A DNA stretch of 64,000 bases. Source: an uncultured bacterium. Its GTDB lineage: Bacteria > Krumholzibacteriota > Krumholzibacteriia > LZORAL124-64-63. The position numbers were made by a program, and so were the translations under genes. Shown one piece after another: positions 63,439 through 64,000 of the stretch. The notes below the pieces were generated by a model. It saw nothing but the letters and a program-made list of their open reading frames with translations, had not been told where the DNA came from and ran no database searches. The DNA is taken from positions 768,001 to 832,000 of the forward strand of contig CAVSGO010000007.1 of NCBI GenBank assembly GCA_963727525.1, written 5' to 3'. Positions within the stretch are counted from its first letter, which is position 1. Each line of letters begins with the position of its first letter.

Positions 63439-64000
63439 TGTTCGGACGGATCCGCACCACGCTGATTCTGGCGGCTGCCATGGTGGCCATGTTGCCGGCC
63501 CTGGCGACGGCGCAGGACGCGATGAACGCCACGCCGAATCCGGCAGACCAGGTCGGCCCGCGCGTGTCGCTGGACGTCCAGGACGCCGAGATCGGTACGG
63601 TCCTGCGCTCGCTGGCCAGTTACTCGGGCACCAATATCGTGGCCTCGCCGCGCGTGACGGGCAAGGTCACGGTGAAGCTGGAGGAGGTGCCTTGGCGCGA
63701 GGCGCTCACGGTGATCCTGCGTGCGCACAGCTTCGACTACGTCGAGGAGAACGGTGTGCTGCGCGTGGACACGGCCGATCAACTCCGCCAGGAGCGCGTC
63801 GCCGAGAAGATGGCGGAGAAGCAGGTCGATGACCTCGCCAAACTCACGCTGGGCATGGCCAATCTGCGCTATGCCAACGCGAAGGAAGTGAAGGACGCGC
63901 TGAAGGAGATGCTCACCGACCGCGGGAACATCGACATCGACGTTCGCACGAATTCGCTGCTCATCAACGACATCGCCGATCGCGTGGCGGTCATCCAGGC
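63438..64000 (+). CDS. pilQ: Type IV pilus secretin, 5' part (runs off the window)
   Basis: ATG overlapping the pilP stop. MFGRIRTTLILAAAMVAMLPALATA signal, then RVSLDVQDAEIGTVLRSLA..SGTNIVAS..VTGKVTVKLEEVPWREAL (N0) and LRYANAKEV...DVRTNSLLI. Confidence 0.9.
   Translation, partial: MFGRIRTTLILAAAMVAMLPALATAQDAMNATPNPADQVGPRVSLDVQDAEIGTVLRSLASYSGTNIVASPRVTGKVTVKLEEVPWREALTVILRAHSFDYVEENGVLRVDTADQLRQERVAEKMAEKQVDDLAKLTLGMANLRYANAKEVKDALKEMLTDRGNIDIDVRTNSLLINDIADRVAVIQ

Overview
High-GC (roughly 65-70% by eye) bacterial chromosome segment, almost entirely coding and mostly on the + strand. The gene content (type IX secretion sortase PorU and PorV, proteins with T9SS C-terminal sorting domains, a Myxococcus/Geobacter-style type IV pilus cluster) points to a diderm of the FCB group outside Bacteroidota, for example a Krumholzibacteriota/Latescibacterota-like organism; this is inference. 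Order: end of the nuo operon (nuoL'-M-N); a T9SS-secreted beta-helix protein; an aldehyde dehydrogenase coupled to an unknown 438-aa protein; nfu and an acyl-CoA dehydrogenase on the - strand; suhB, nhaC-family antiporter, DUF62 SAM hydrolase and a lipoprotein; PIN-PhoH (- strand); an apparently frameshifted M23 peptidase; dnaE-accA; a promoter-led envelope locus (trm112-like, porU, porV, M6-type protease with CTD, two paralogous membrane proteins, NHL lipoprotein, 1134-aa barrel protein, Omp85/TamA-like protein) running into ligA, dinG and hutI; a TPR protein; a single ORF fusing an ECF S-component to a TonB-receptor-like outer-membrane barrel; comEA; and pilB-T-C-S-R-A, ABC ATPase, permease, TPR protein, pilD, pilM-N-O-P-Q' with three sigma54 promoters. 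No rRNA, tRNA, CRISPR array or mobile element was recognised. The most notable observation is the inner-membrane S-component / outer-membrane receptor polyprotein with an internal signal peptide (45914-48496).
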